From: Gemmatimonadota bacterium
Lineage (GTDB): Bacteria; Gemmatimonadota; Gemmatimonadetes; Palauibacterales; KS3-K002
Direction of reading: 5' to 3'
Assembly: GCA_020344015.1 (NCBI GenBank)
Contig: CP070812.1
Coordinates: 4,573,990-4,631,965 of the forward strand
Length of the DNA: 57,976 nucleotides
Below are positions 36,113 through 44,982 of the stretch, one piece after another (within the stretch, counting starts at the first letter, position 1; each line of letters opens with the position of its first letter). Under the pieces are notes generated by a model, which did not search any database, was not told the origin of the DNA, and was given only the letters and a program-made list of their open reading frames with translations. The position numbers were made by a program, and so were the translations under genes.

Positions 36113-37546
36113 ATGGCAGACGATCTGTTCGACTCCAGGCTCACAGAGCACAGGAACCCGAGAACGCGGGACATCGACCTCGCCGACGCACTGGGAATCG
36201 TCGATCTCATCAACGCCGAGGACGCTGACGTGCCCGGCGCGGTGCACGCAGAGCGTGAGCGGATCGCCGAGGCGATCGAGATCGCCGTCGAGTGCTTCAA
36301 GCGGGGTGGCCGGCTCGTCTACATAGGTGCGGGGACCAGCGGTCGTCTGGGCGTGCTCGACGCGACGGAGTGTCCGCCGACCTTCGGAACCAATCCCGAG
36401 ATGGTGCAGGGGATCATCGCCGGCGGCGCGGCGGCGCTTACGCGCAGTCAGGAGGGCGCCGAGGATCGTATGGAGGACGGGATGGCGGCTGTCGACGAGG
36501 CGAAGGTAGGTCCTGACGACTTCGTCTTCGGCATCGCCACGTCGAGTACGACGCCTTACGTGCGGGCGGCGCTCGCCCGGGCGGCGGAACGCGGCGCGCG
36601 GACCGGGCTCCTCTGCTGCACGGAGCCCGGCGATGAACTGCGGCGGCTGGTGGATGTGTGCATCGTGCCGTTGGTCGGCCCGGAGGTAATCGCCGGCTCA
36701 ACGCGCATGAAGGCGGGTACGGCGACAAAGCTCGTGCTCAACACTCTGACTACCGGCGCGATGATCCGGCTGGGCAAGGTCTACGGCAATCTGATGGTCG
36801 ACCTGCAGGCGTGGAGCGAGAAGCTCATCGACCGCAGTGCGCGAATCATGATGGCGGCGACGGGCTGCTCGAGGGAAGAGGCGCTGCCGTGCATCGACGA
36901 GGCGGGCGGCTCGCTCAAGCTGGCCGTTGTGATGAAGAACGCCGGCGTCGGCCGCGGGATGGCGGCTCTCTACCTGGCCGAGTCGGACGGTTTCGTGCGC
37001 CGGGCACTCGAGCTGGCCCGGGCGATCGACGATTCGGATGATCCCTACCGCCACTACCCGATAGAACCTCCGGACGAAGGGAGCCTGGAGCTCGTAAGGG
37101 CCGCGCTCCTCAGTGTCCCCGACACGTTAACCGAGCTTGTCTCCCAGGTCTCCAACGATCGGTTGAGCGAAAGGCCCGACTCCCAAAAGTGGTGCGTGAA
37201 AGAGCATATCGAACATCTGCGCGTCGCGGACCACTTCTTCAGCGGCCGGATCACAGCCGTGCTGGATGAGGATGCACCCCTCCTCGCCGATCGCGACGAC
37301 GATGTGGAGAATCGCGAGATCTTCGAGGGCGGTGCGCAGGACACAGCGATCGCCGAGCTCATCGCGAAGCTGGTCGAGAGTCGAACCGCCCTTGTGGAAT
37401 TGATGGAGGGTACGACCGCTGAGCGCTGGGTGCGCGTGGGTCGGCACGAGACTTTCGGCCCGATCTCTGTCTATCAGTTGCTGCGCCATTGCATCTGGCA
37501 CGATCACCGTCACCTAGAGGCGATACGGCGCCTCGTCACCGACTAG
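36113..37546 (+). CDS. murQ: N-acetylmuramic acid 6-phosphate etherase fused to a C-terminal DinB-like domain
   Basis: TEHRNP, GAGTSGRLGVLDATECPPTF, EGAED, GPEVIAGSTRMKAGTATK, GNLMVD; then WCVKEHIEHL and HCIWHDHRHLEAI. Confidence 0.93.
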   Translation: MADDLFDSRLTEHRNPRTRDIDLADALGIVDLINAEDADVPGAVHAERERIAEAIEIAVECFKRGGRLVYIGAGTSGRLGVLDATECPPTFGTNPEMVQGIIAGGAAALTRSQEGAEDRMEDGMAAVDEAKVGPDDFVFGIATSSTTPYVRAALARAAERGARTGLLCCTEPGDELRRLVDVCIVPLVGPEVIAGSTRMKAGTATKLVLNTLTTGAMIRLGKVYGNLMVDLQAWSEKLIDRSARIMMAATGCSREEALPCIDEAGGSLKLAVVMKNAGVGRGMAALYLAESDGFVRRALELARAIDDSDDPYRHYPIEPPDEGSLELVRAALLSVPDTLTELVSQVSNDRLSERPDSQKWCVKEHIEHLRVADHFFSGRITAVLDEDAPLLADRDDDVENREIFEGGAQDTAIAELIAKLVESRTALVELMEGTTAERWVRVGRHETFGPISVYQLLRHCIWHDHRHLEAIRRLVTD

Positions 37547-37550
37547 CGGC

Positions 37551-38693
37551 TTGAGTCTTCGTTATCTGGGCCTCATGTCTGGGACCTCTCTGGACGGCGT
37601 CGACGCGGCGCTGGTTCAGGTGGACGAACGGGATGGGCGTCTGGGAGCGTACGTCGAAGCGTTCCGCAGCACCGCGTACGAATCCGAACAGCGTACGGCG
37701 ATCAAACGGGGGCTGGAGGGCGGACCGGCGGAGCTGTGCCGCCTCAACGTCGAGCTTGGCGGTTGGTTCGCAGACGCCGCGCTCCGGCTGCTGGCGAGTG
37801 CCGGCGTGGCGCCCGCCGAGCTGGCTGCGGTTGGCTCGCACGGCCAGACGATCTGGCACGAGCCGCCGGGCGCCGGCGCGGTAGGCGCCACGTTACAGCT
37901 CGGCGAGCCGGCAGTGATCGCCGAGCGCTTGGGTGTGCCGGTGATATCGGACTTCCGGACGCGCGACATCGCAGCGGGCGGCCACGGCGCGCCGCTGGTA
38001 CCGCTCGTCGACCAGCTGATCTTCTCGACGCCGGACGGCCGCCGTGCGCTCCAGAACATCGGTGGGATCGCTAACGTGACGCTGTTGCCGCCCGAAGGAT
38101 CGAGCGAACCCGTCGTCGCCTTCGATACGGGGCCCGGCGTGGCGGTGATCGACGCGGTGGTCGAGTTGGTGAGCGATGGTGCCGAGCGGTACGACCTCGA
38201 CGGCCGCCGTGCTTCCAGGGGACGACCGAGTGAGAAGCTGCTGGCTCTGCTGCTCGCCGACGATTACTTCGCTCAGGCGCCACCGAAGTCGACGGGGCGC
38301 GAGCGCTACGGCGCGGCCTACGCGGAGGAGGTCCTTCGAAAGGGACGTGAGCTGAGCCTCTCCGCGGACGACCTGGTGGCCACGGTCACCGCGCTGACGG
38401 CGCGGACGATCGCCGACGCGTACCGCGACTTCTTTGCGGGCGCGGCTCTTCCGGACGAGTGCATCGTCTCTGGTGGTGGCGCTCGCAACCCGAAACTGAT
38501 GCAGATGCTGGTCGAGGCGATCGACCCCGTACCGGTCACCGACCTGTCGGCGCTGGGTTGGGATCCTGACGCTAAGGAAGCGGCGGTCTTCGCCATACTC
38601 GCCCACCTTCACCTCGCCGGTAGGCCCGGCAACCTGCCGTCCGTCACCGGTGCCGCCGGCCCCCGCGTCCTCGGGAAGTTGACGCCGCCATGA
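37551..38693 (+). CDS. anmK: Anhydro-N-acetylmuramic acid kinase
   Basis: GLMSGTSLDGVD, GSHGQT, DFRTRDIAAGGHGAPLVP, NIGGIAN, FDTGPG, PKSTGRE, GGGARN, KEA, PSVTGA. Confidence 0.96.
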   Translation: MSLRYLGLMSGTSLDGVDAALVQVDERDGRLGAYVEAFRSTAYESEQRTAIKRGLEGGPAELCRLNVELGGWFADAALRLLASAGVAPAELAAVGSHGQTIWHEPPGAGAVGATLQLGEPAVIAERLGVPVISDFRTRDIAAGGHGAPLVPLVDQLIFSTPDGRRALQNIGGIANVTLLPPEGSSEPVVAFDTGPGVAVIDAVVELVSDGAERYDLDGRRASRGRPSEKLLALLLADDYFAQAPPKSTGRERYGAAYAEEVLRKGRELSLSADDLVATVTALTARTIADAYRDFFAGAALPDECIVSGGGARNPKLMQMLVEAIDPVPVTDLSALGWDPDAKEAAVFAILAHLHLAGRPGNLPSVTGAAGPRVLGKLTPP

Positions 38694-40150
38694 ACCCGGC
38701 CCGTCTCGTATTTCCTGCGATCCGCTGGGGTAACCGCAACGTAGAGCAAGTCTGGCGCGAGGTGTTCCTCAGTCTCGACCTGGGCGTGGGCGGCTTCGTC
38801 GTCTTTGGCGGCAGCGTAGACGGGATGCGGGAGTTGGTGGCGCGCACCCAGGAGCGCGAGGGCCGACCCGTGTTGTTCGCCGCCGACCTGGAGCGCGGCG
38901 CCGCTCAGCAGCTGGAAGGTGCGACGTCGCTACCTCCCGCTGCAGCGCTGGCATCGACGGATGCGGCGGCGCTGCTGGATGCGGCACGCATCACGGCTCA
39001 AGAGGCGGCCGCCGCCGGGATCGGCTGGGTGCTGGCCCCCGTCGCCGATCTGGATGTCGAGTCGCTGAACCCCATCGTCGGGACTCGCAGCTTCGGGTCC
39101 GAGCCGGCAATCGTGGCGGAACGCGTGCGCGCTTGGGTGGCGACAGTGCAGGAGGAAGGCATACATGCCTGCGCCAAGCACTTCCCGGGTCATGGTCGCA
39201 CGACGGCTGACTCGCACAGCGAGCTTCCTTCCGTCAAGTGGACGCGCGAGACTCTCGAGGCCGACCTGGCACCGTTCCGCGCCGCAATAGAGGCCGAGGT
39301 CAGCTCGGTGATGTTGGCCCACGTGAGCTATCCGGCACTCGACCCCTCTGGCGCGCCGGCCAGCCTGTCGCGAAAAATCGCTGACCTGCTGCGCCGGGAG
39401 ATGAAGTTCGATGGTCTCATCGCCACAGACGCGTTGATCATGGGTGCCGTATCGGCGGCCGCCCGTTCCGAGGCGGAGGCAGCCGTCGAGGCGGTGCGCG
39501 CCGGATGCGATGTGTTGCTCTACCCCTCATCACCGGCGGAGACCGTCACGGCGTTGGAGTCGGCGCTCGAATCGAAGCAGCTGGATCGCCGACAGGTTAC
39601 CAGGTCGGCTGAGCGCATCGGGATCGCTGGCCGGACCGCGGGCGTCGCTGTCGGCGAGCAGGCCCCCGTTCCGAGCCACGCTCGTGCTCTGGAGATGGCC
39701 GCCGCCTCGGTCAGGACCCTGCGCGGCACCCTCCCACAGCCGCGGCCGCATGCGTTCCGGCTCCATTTAGTGGACGACGACGTCGTCGAGCTGCCGGAGT
39801 CGCTGGCCGGGCCGGGCACGAAGCCGCCAGAGCGTGGTGGGTTGGGAGCCGCCTTGCAGAAGCGTGGTGCTGTGATCGTCGAGCCTGAGACAGAAACGCC
39901 GGCCGCCGATCTGATCGCCGTCTTCTCGGACGTGAAAGGTTGGAAGCGTCGCTCCTGGCTCGCACCCGAAAGAGCGAGCGAAGTCAACCGAATCCTCGAG
40001 CGTGACCCCGACACGACGGTCGTCATTTTCGGCCACCCGCGCCTGGCCCAGCAACTGCCCGGTGCCCGAAACGTGCTCTGTGCCTGGTGTGGCGACCCGC
40101 TCATGCAGGAGGGGGTTGCAGAGCATCTGCTGGGCGGCCTGTCAGGATGA
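38690..40150 (+). CDS. nagZ: GH3 beta-N-acetylhexosaminidase (NagZ-like), no signal peptide
   Basis: ADLERG, APVADL, GTRSFG, KHFPGHG...DSH, VMLAH, IATDAL. Confidence 0.88.
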   Translation: MNPARLVFPAIRWGNRNVEQVWREVFLSLDLGVGGFVVFGGSVDGMRELVARTQEREGRPVLFAADLERGAAQQLEGATSLPPAAALASTDAAALLDAARITAQEAAAAGIGWVLAPVADLDVESLNPIVGTRSFGSEPAIVAERVRAWVATVQEEGIHACAKHFPGHGRTTADSHSELPSVKWTRETLEADLAPFRAAIEAEVSSVMLAHVSYPALDPSGAPASLSRKIADLLRREMKFDGLIATDALIMGAVSAAARSEAEAAVEAVRAGCDVLLYPSSPAETVTALESALESKQLDRRQVTRSAERIGIAGRTAGVAVGEQAPVPSHARALEMAAASVRTLRGTLPQPRPHAFRLHLVDDDVVELPESLAGPGTKPPERGGLGAALQKRGAVIVEPETETPAADLIAVFSDVKGWKRRSWLAPERASEVNRILERDPDTTVVIFGHPRLAQQLPGARNVLCAWCGDPLMQEGVAEHLLGGLSG

Positions 40151-41910
40151 GTGAGCTCGACTGGCTGGTAATCGCCGCTTACCTGATCGGCACACTCCTC
40201 ATCGGCATCTGGTTCTCGCGCCGCGGAGCGAGGAGCTTCGCCGAGTTCTTCGTCAGTGGGCGCGCACTCCCCTGGTGGCTGGCCGGGACCTCGATGGCGG
40301 CCACCACGTTCAGCGTCGACACACCGCTCTACGTCACCGGCCTCGTGGCGCGCCGCGGCATCGCCGGCAATTGGGAGTGGTGGGCGTTCGCCATCACTCA
40401 CGTGCTGATGATCTACCTCTTCGCGCGCCTCTGGCGCCGCAGCGAGGTCGTCACCGACGTCGAGCTCACCGAGCTGCGCTACGGCGGCAAGCCGGCGGCC
40501 CTGCTGCGAGGTGCCCGCGCCTTCATCTTCGCTGTGCCCATCAACTGCATTGGAATGGGCTACGCCATGCTGGCGATGCGGAAGGTGATCGAGGCGCTCG
40601 GCCTCTGGGATGCACTGGCCATCGATCTGCCGGGAGAGCCGCGACTATGGATCGTCTTCGCGCTGTCCGTCTTCGTTCTCGTCTACGCCGGCCTGGCCGG
40701 CCTCTGGGGCGTCGTGACTACCGACTTCATCCAGTTCGGGCTCGCCTTGATCGGCGCCTTGATCGTCGTCGTCTTCGCGTTGCCCGACGTCGGCGGCATC
40801 GCCGGCATCAAGATGACGCTGGCCCAGCAGGGGTTGAGCGACCGGCTAGACTTCATGCCCTGGTCCGATGTCGCCCAGCTGTCGATGACCACGTTCCTCG
40901 CCTACATCGGGATTCAATGGTGGGCGTTTCGCAACACCGACGGCGGCGGCATGTTCATCCAACGCTTCATCTCGTCGAAGACCGAGGAGGATGCGCAGAA
41001 GGCGGCATGGTTGTTCAACGTGCTGCACTACGTCGTGCGTACCTGGCCGTGGATCGTCGTGGCCCTCGTCGCACTCATCCTCTACCCGACACTCGCCGAT
41101 CCAGAGATCGGCTATATCCAGTTGATGCTCGATTACCTGCCCGCTGGCTTGCTGGGTTTGGTGATCGCGTCATTCCTGGCGGCGTTCATGTCGACGGTCT
41201 CGACGCTGATCAACTGGGGCGCCTCGTACATCGTAAACGACCTTTACGTACGCTGGGCGCATCCTGAGGCCGGCGACAGAGAGAAGGTGCTGGTGGGCCG
41301 CCTCGCGTCTGTGGTCATCGTAGCGCTCGCTGCGACGGCTGCCTTCTTTGCCCAGGATATCGGAACCGTCTTCCGCTTCATGATCGCCATCGGCACCGGG
41401 CCGGGCGCGGTACTGATTCTGAGGTGGTTCTGGTGGCGGGTGAACGCATGGGGCGAACTGGCGGCGATGCTCGCCGGACTTCTCATCGCGCTCCTGTCAT
41501 ATCTGCCGATGTTCGGGGAGGTCGATTTCGGTGTGCGCTTGGCAGTGACGGCGTTCGGTTCGGCGGCCGTCTGGTTGCCGATAATGCTGCTCACTCGACC
41601 CGAGTCGGAGGAGACGTTGGCGGAGTTCTACCGGCGCACGCGGCCCGGTGGCCCCGGTTGGCAACGCCAGCGGGAGATCACCGGGCTGGCACCACTACAG
41701 GACCTGGGCGCCGATGTGCGGTCCGGGGCCCTCGGGATAGTGCTGTTGTTCGCCTTGATGTTCGGGGTCGGTTGGCTGGTCCTCGGGTCTTGGGGACGCG
41801 GGGTGGCTGCGTTGGGGACGGCGGCAGTGGCGTTCTTGCTGTTGGCGCGGTCGCATCGCGGAGACTCTTTGACCGGTGGGAAGCGTGGGTCGTACATTGC
41901 GACACCGTGA
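40147..41910 (+). CDS. Sodium:solute symporter (SSS) family transporter
   Basis: LDWLVI, FFVSGRALPWWLAGTSMAATTF, LRYG, GVVTTDFIQF, QRFISSK, AAFMST; ATGA overlap with nagZ. Confidence 0.93.
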   Translation: MSELDWLVIAAYLIGTLLIGIWFSRRGARSFAEFFVSGRALPWWLAGTSMAATTFSVDTPLYVTGLVARRGIAGNWEWWAFAITHVLMIYLFARLWRRSEVVTDVELTELRYGGKPAALLRGARAFIFAVPINCIGMGYAMLAMRKVIEALGLWDALAIDLPGEPRLWIVFALSVFVLVYAGLAGLWGVVTTDFIQFGLALIGALIVVVFALPDVGGIAGIKMTLAQQGLSDRLDFMPWSDVAQLSMTTFLAYIGIQWWAFRNTDGGGMFIQRFISSKTEEDAQKAAWLFNVLHYVVRTWPWIVVALVALILYPTLADPEIGYIQLMLDYLPAGLLGLVIASFLAAFMSTVSTLINWGASYIVNDLYVRWAHPEAGDREKVLVGRLASVVIVALAATAAFFAQDIGTVFRFMIAIGTGPGAVLILRWFWWRVNAWGELAAMLAGLLIALLSYLPMFGEVDFGVRLAVTAFGSAAVWLPIMLLTRPESEETLAEFYRRTRPGGPGWQRQREITGLAPLQDLGADVRSGALGIVLLFALMFGVGWLVLGSWGRGVAALGTAAVAFLLLARSHRGDSLTGGKRGSYIATP

Positions 41911-41963
41911 GCACTAATGCCCGTTCCGAGGAGATGGAGCGTGCCGTAGCCGGTGCGAAGCAG

Positions 41964-44036
41964 ATGCGATCGGGTGCGGCTCTTCTTTTGACAGCGGTCG
42001 CGTGTGCCGGGTGCGCGGCGCACGCGCCCGAGCTGATTGGCCCACCGCCCATCCCGCCGCGCAGCGGCCCCCTCGCCATCGATGTCGTCTACCCGGCAGA
42101 CAGCAGCTTCATCTCGGCCCGGGACTCCAACTTCATCTTCGGCTCGGTCGGCGACGGGAACGCACAGCTGACGATCAACGGCGAGCGCGTCCACGTCGAG
42201 CCGAACGGCGCCTTCATCGCCTGGCTGCCCGTTCCGGCGTCGCCGGAGGACACGCTAGCGCGGTATGAGCTTTCGGCGACTCTCGGGTCGCAACGTGCCC
42301 ATTCCGTTCGCACCGTGTTCCTGCCCCGGCCCCTCGTGCCGTTGCCGCGCGACTCGGCTGTCATCGACACCCGCAGCGTCGTTCCCGGCGGTGCCTGGTG
42401 GGTACAAGAGGGAGAGATCGTTCCCGTCCGCGTGCGCGCATCGCCCGGCGCACAGGTGCGCCTGCTGTTGCCCGACGGTGAAACGATCTCGCTCGTCGAA
42501 CTGAGTTCCGTGGAAGGGAGCAGCGCGGCGGCCAATTGGGCCTTCGGCCGCGTCCCGACAGCGGCCGCCGCGACGCCGGGAACCGGCATATACGAGGGTG
42601 AGCTGGCCGCGCGGGCGCCGCTGGGCCGTGGCATGTCGAGCCCGGATATCCCGCCGGGACCCGCAGGCCTATCCGACCTCACTCACTACTGCGCGCCGCC
42701 GCCCGACACCATGGCGGTCGGCGACAGCTTAACGGCCATAACGGACTCGACCGGGTTGCCGCTCATCGAGCGGCCCGCCGAGGCGGCGGGCGTTCCAACC
42801 GGCGAGGAAGAGGCACTGGCTGAAGCCGAGTTGCCCGCGGAGTGCGCGCTACTCGAGGTCATCGTCGCCGATGATACCGCACGTTCGCCACTGCCTCTCG
42901 ATCTCTGGGTCCTCGGGGGACGCGGACCGGTCGTCGAGCTGCGAGAAGAGCCGGCAGGGACGGGGCGCGACGGTTTCGTGATTGGCCGTGCCGGGCCAGG
43001 CGCCACGACCTACTGGCAGTGGACCGACGGAGTGCGCGGCCGTGTCAGCGGGCGACGCAACGAAACGGTACGCATCACCCTCGATGGGCAAACCGAAGCT
43101 TGGGTGGCGGCGGATGAGGTCGTCTGGTTGAGTGGCGCGTCGCTGCCCGAGCGCGCACGAGTCGGGACGGTGCGGTTCACTGGCGCTCCCGACCGGCTTC
43201 GCGTCAACGTCTCCATCGCTGAGCCCGTACCCTACAAAGTCGAGGTCGACGGCCAGCGTCTGACGCTTACTCTGTACGGCGCCTACTCGAACACCAACTG
43301 GCTGCAGTACGGTCCACACGAACCCTTCCTTGAAGCGGCTCGCTGGGAACAGGTCGCCTCCGACCGCTACCTGCTGCACATCGATCTCAGGCGACAGCCG
43401 TGGGGCTACCGCGCACGTTACCGGCGCGACGCTCTCTCCCTCGAGATCCGCAAGCCGCCGTCCATCGATCCGGAACGACCGCTCGCCGGTCGGACCGTTG
43501 TCGTAGATCCGGGTCACCCGCCGGCCGGTGCGACGGGGCCGACACGCCTCTACGAAGGCGAAGCCAACCTGGCCATCGCCTTCAAACTCAAGAGGCTGTT
43601 GGAAGAAGAAGGAGCCTACGTGATCTTGACGCGGGCCGACCGCAGCGTCGTGCGACTCTACGACCGCATAGACGTGGCCGACCTCCTGGATGCAGAGATA
43701 CTCGTCTCGATTCACAACAACGCGCTACCCGACGGCGTCAATCCCCTCGAGCGGCACGGCACGAGCGTCTACTACTTCCACCGCCATTCGCTCGACCTCG
43801 CCCGTGCAACCCAGGAGAACCTCCTGAAAACTATGGGCCTCCGCGATCTCGGCTTCGGCCGCGCTAGTCTCGCGCTCGTACGTCCGACCTGGATGCTCGC
43901 CGCGCTCACCGAGGGAGCGTTCATGATGATCCCGGATCAGGAGGCGGGCCTGAGGAGTCCTGCTTGGCAGGAGGCGTACGCGCGTGGCGTGCTCCTCGGC
44001 ATGCGCGAGTTCCTCGCGGCAGCCGCGGGTCGGTGA
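41964..44036 (+). CDS. N-acetylmuramoyl-L-alanine amidase (Amidase_3), large lipoprotein
   Basis: CAGC lipobox; C-terminal VVVDPGH, EGEANL, LTR, SIHNNA, LTEGAFM; start could also be 41907 or 41934. Confidence 0.9.
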   Translation: MRSGAALLLTAVACAGCAAHAPELIGPPPIPPRSGPLAIDVVYPADSSFISARDSNFIFGSVGDGNAQLTINGERVHVEPNGAFIAWLPVPASPEDTLARYELSATLGSQRAHSVRTVFLPRPLVPLPRDSAVIDTRSVVPGGAWWVQEGEIVPVRVRASPGAQVRLLLPDGETISLVELSSVEGSSAAANWAFGRVPTAAAATPGTGIYEGELAARAPLGRGMSSPDIPPGPAGLSDLTHYCAPPPDTMAVGDSLTAITDSTGLPLIERPAEAAGVPTGEEEALAEAELPAECALLEVIVADDTARSPLPLDLWVLGGRGPVVELREEPAGTGRDGFVIGRAGPGATTYWQWTDGVRGRVSGRRNETVRITLDGQTEAWVAADEVVWLSGASLPERARVGTVRFTGAPDRLRVNVSIAEPVPYKVEVDGQRLTLTLYGAYSNTNWLQYGPHEPFLEAARWEQVASDRYLLHIDLRRQPWGYRARYRRDALSLEIRKPPSIDPERPLAGRTVVVDPGHPPAGATGPTRLYEGEANLAIAFKLKRLLEEEGAYVILTRADRSVVRLYDRIDVADLLDAEILVSIHNNALPDGVNPLERHGTSVYYFHRHSLDLARATQENLLKTMGLRDLGFGRASLALVRPTWMLAALTEGAFMMIPDQEAGLRSPAWQEAYARGVLLGMREFLAAAAGR

Positions 44037-44113
44037 TCGGCGTGCGGTATGCGGTCTGCGGTATGCCGTGGCTCCGAGCTCCACCGCACACTGCATACTG
44101 CAGACCGCGCACC
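44037..44113. repeat. Intergenic heptamer fold-back repeat (TGCGGT[AC])n...([TG]AC[CT]GCA)n
   Basis: tgcggta tgcggtc tgcggta tgccgtg ... caccgca cactgca tactgca gaccgcg. Confidence 0.8.
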
Positions 44114-44131
44114 TATTGACGGGAGACGAAA

Positions 44132-44647
44132 TTGACCGAGCACCTGACGCCCACAATCCATCCCGATGCATTCATAGCCCCCAACGCCACCGTCCTCGGC
44201 TGGGTGACCGTGGCGCGCGAGGCGAGCATCTGGTTCGGCTGCGTCGTCAGGGGTGACATCGAGCCCATCACCATCGGCGAGCAGACCAACATCCAGGACA
44301 ATACCGTAGTCCACATCGATCCGGGCTTGCCCACCATCATCGGCGACCGCGTCGGTGTCGGCCATCGCTGCCTCATCCACGGCTGCGTCATCGAAGACGA
44401 GTGCCTTATCGGCATGGGCGCTACCGTACTTAACGGTGCCGTCATCGAGTCGGGCTCCGTCGTCGCCGCCGGCGCACTGATCACCGAGGGCACCAGGGTG
44501 CCTGCCGGGTCACTCGTCATGGGTGTGCCCGCCGAAGTCGTGCGCCCCGTCGATGATGAACTGCGCTCCCGAATCGAACGCACCTGGCGCGATTATCAGC
44601 GGCTGGCCCGTGCTCACAAAGCCGGCCGATTTCCGTCCGCTAAGTAG
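44132..44647 (+). CDS. Gamma-carbonic anhydrase family (YrdA-like hexapeptide repeat) protein
   Basis: SIWFGCVVRGD, TNIQDNTVVH, VGHRCLIHGC, LIGMGA, GVPA. Confidence 0.93.
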   Translation: MTEHLTPTIHPDAFIAPNATVLGWVTVAREASIWFGCVVRGDIEPITIGEQTNIQDNTVVHIDPGLPTIIGDRVGVGHRCLIHGCVIEDECLIGMGATVLNGAVIESGSVVAAGALITEGTRVPAGSLVMGVPAEVVRPVDDELRSRIERTWRDYQRLARAHKAGRFPSAK

Positions 44648-44716
44648 TTGTCAATAAACAGGTTAGAGGGACAGGGCGGCCTGGCCGGTCCCCCCGGGTC
44701 GGGTGACCAAGAAACC

Positions 44717-44781
44717 TTGACCAAACCGCGACGGGGCCCTATATTTGGGGTCGCCGGTTGAACGCGGTACTACATATTGTG
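44717..44781 (+). promoter_or_regulatory. nrdJ promoter with two tandem NrdR boxes
   Basis: TTGACC-N17-TATATT (44717-44745); boxes CCCTATATTTGGGG (44737-44750) and TACTACATATTGTG (44768-44781), 31 bp apart. Confidence 0.85.
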
Positions 44782-44982
44782 GGCAGTGACCCGTACCGGG
44801 ACGCGAGTGGCCTCCTCCCCCGCCACCAGCCAGGGGGCCAGAGCGAAATCAGGATCAACCCAACAGATAGAATAATCCGGGAGAAAGTTGGCGCGGCGGA
44901 CGCGCTCAGGCCTTTTATTTCCTTAAGCACGCACTGACAATTGCAGACTCAGGGACAGAGAGGGACGGAGAGATATCGTTCG

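Noticed and set aside
35939-36300. Overlapping divergent N-terminal extensions of murQ and the amidohydrolase
   Set aside because: Homology starts at ATG 36113 and ATG 36039, leaving a normal 73-nt divergent promoter gap
44648-44982. Cobalamin riboswitch upstream of B12-dependent nrdJ
   Set aside because: No GGGAA / GCCACTG / B12-box elements seen; NrdR boxes explain regulation
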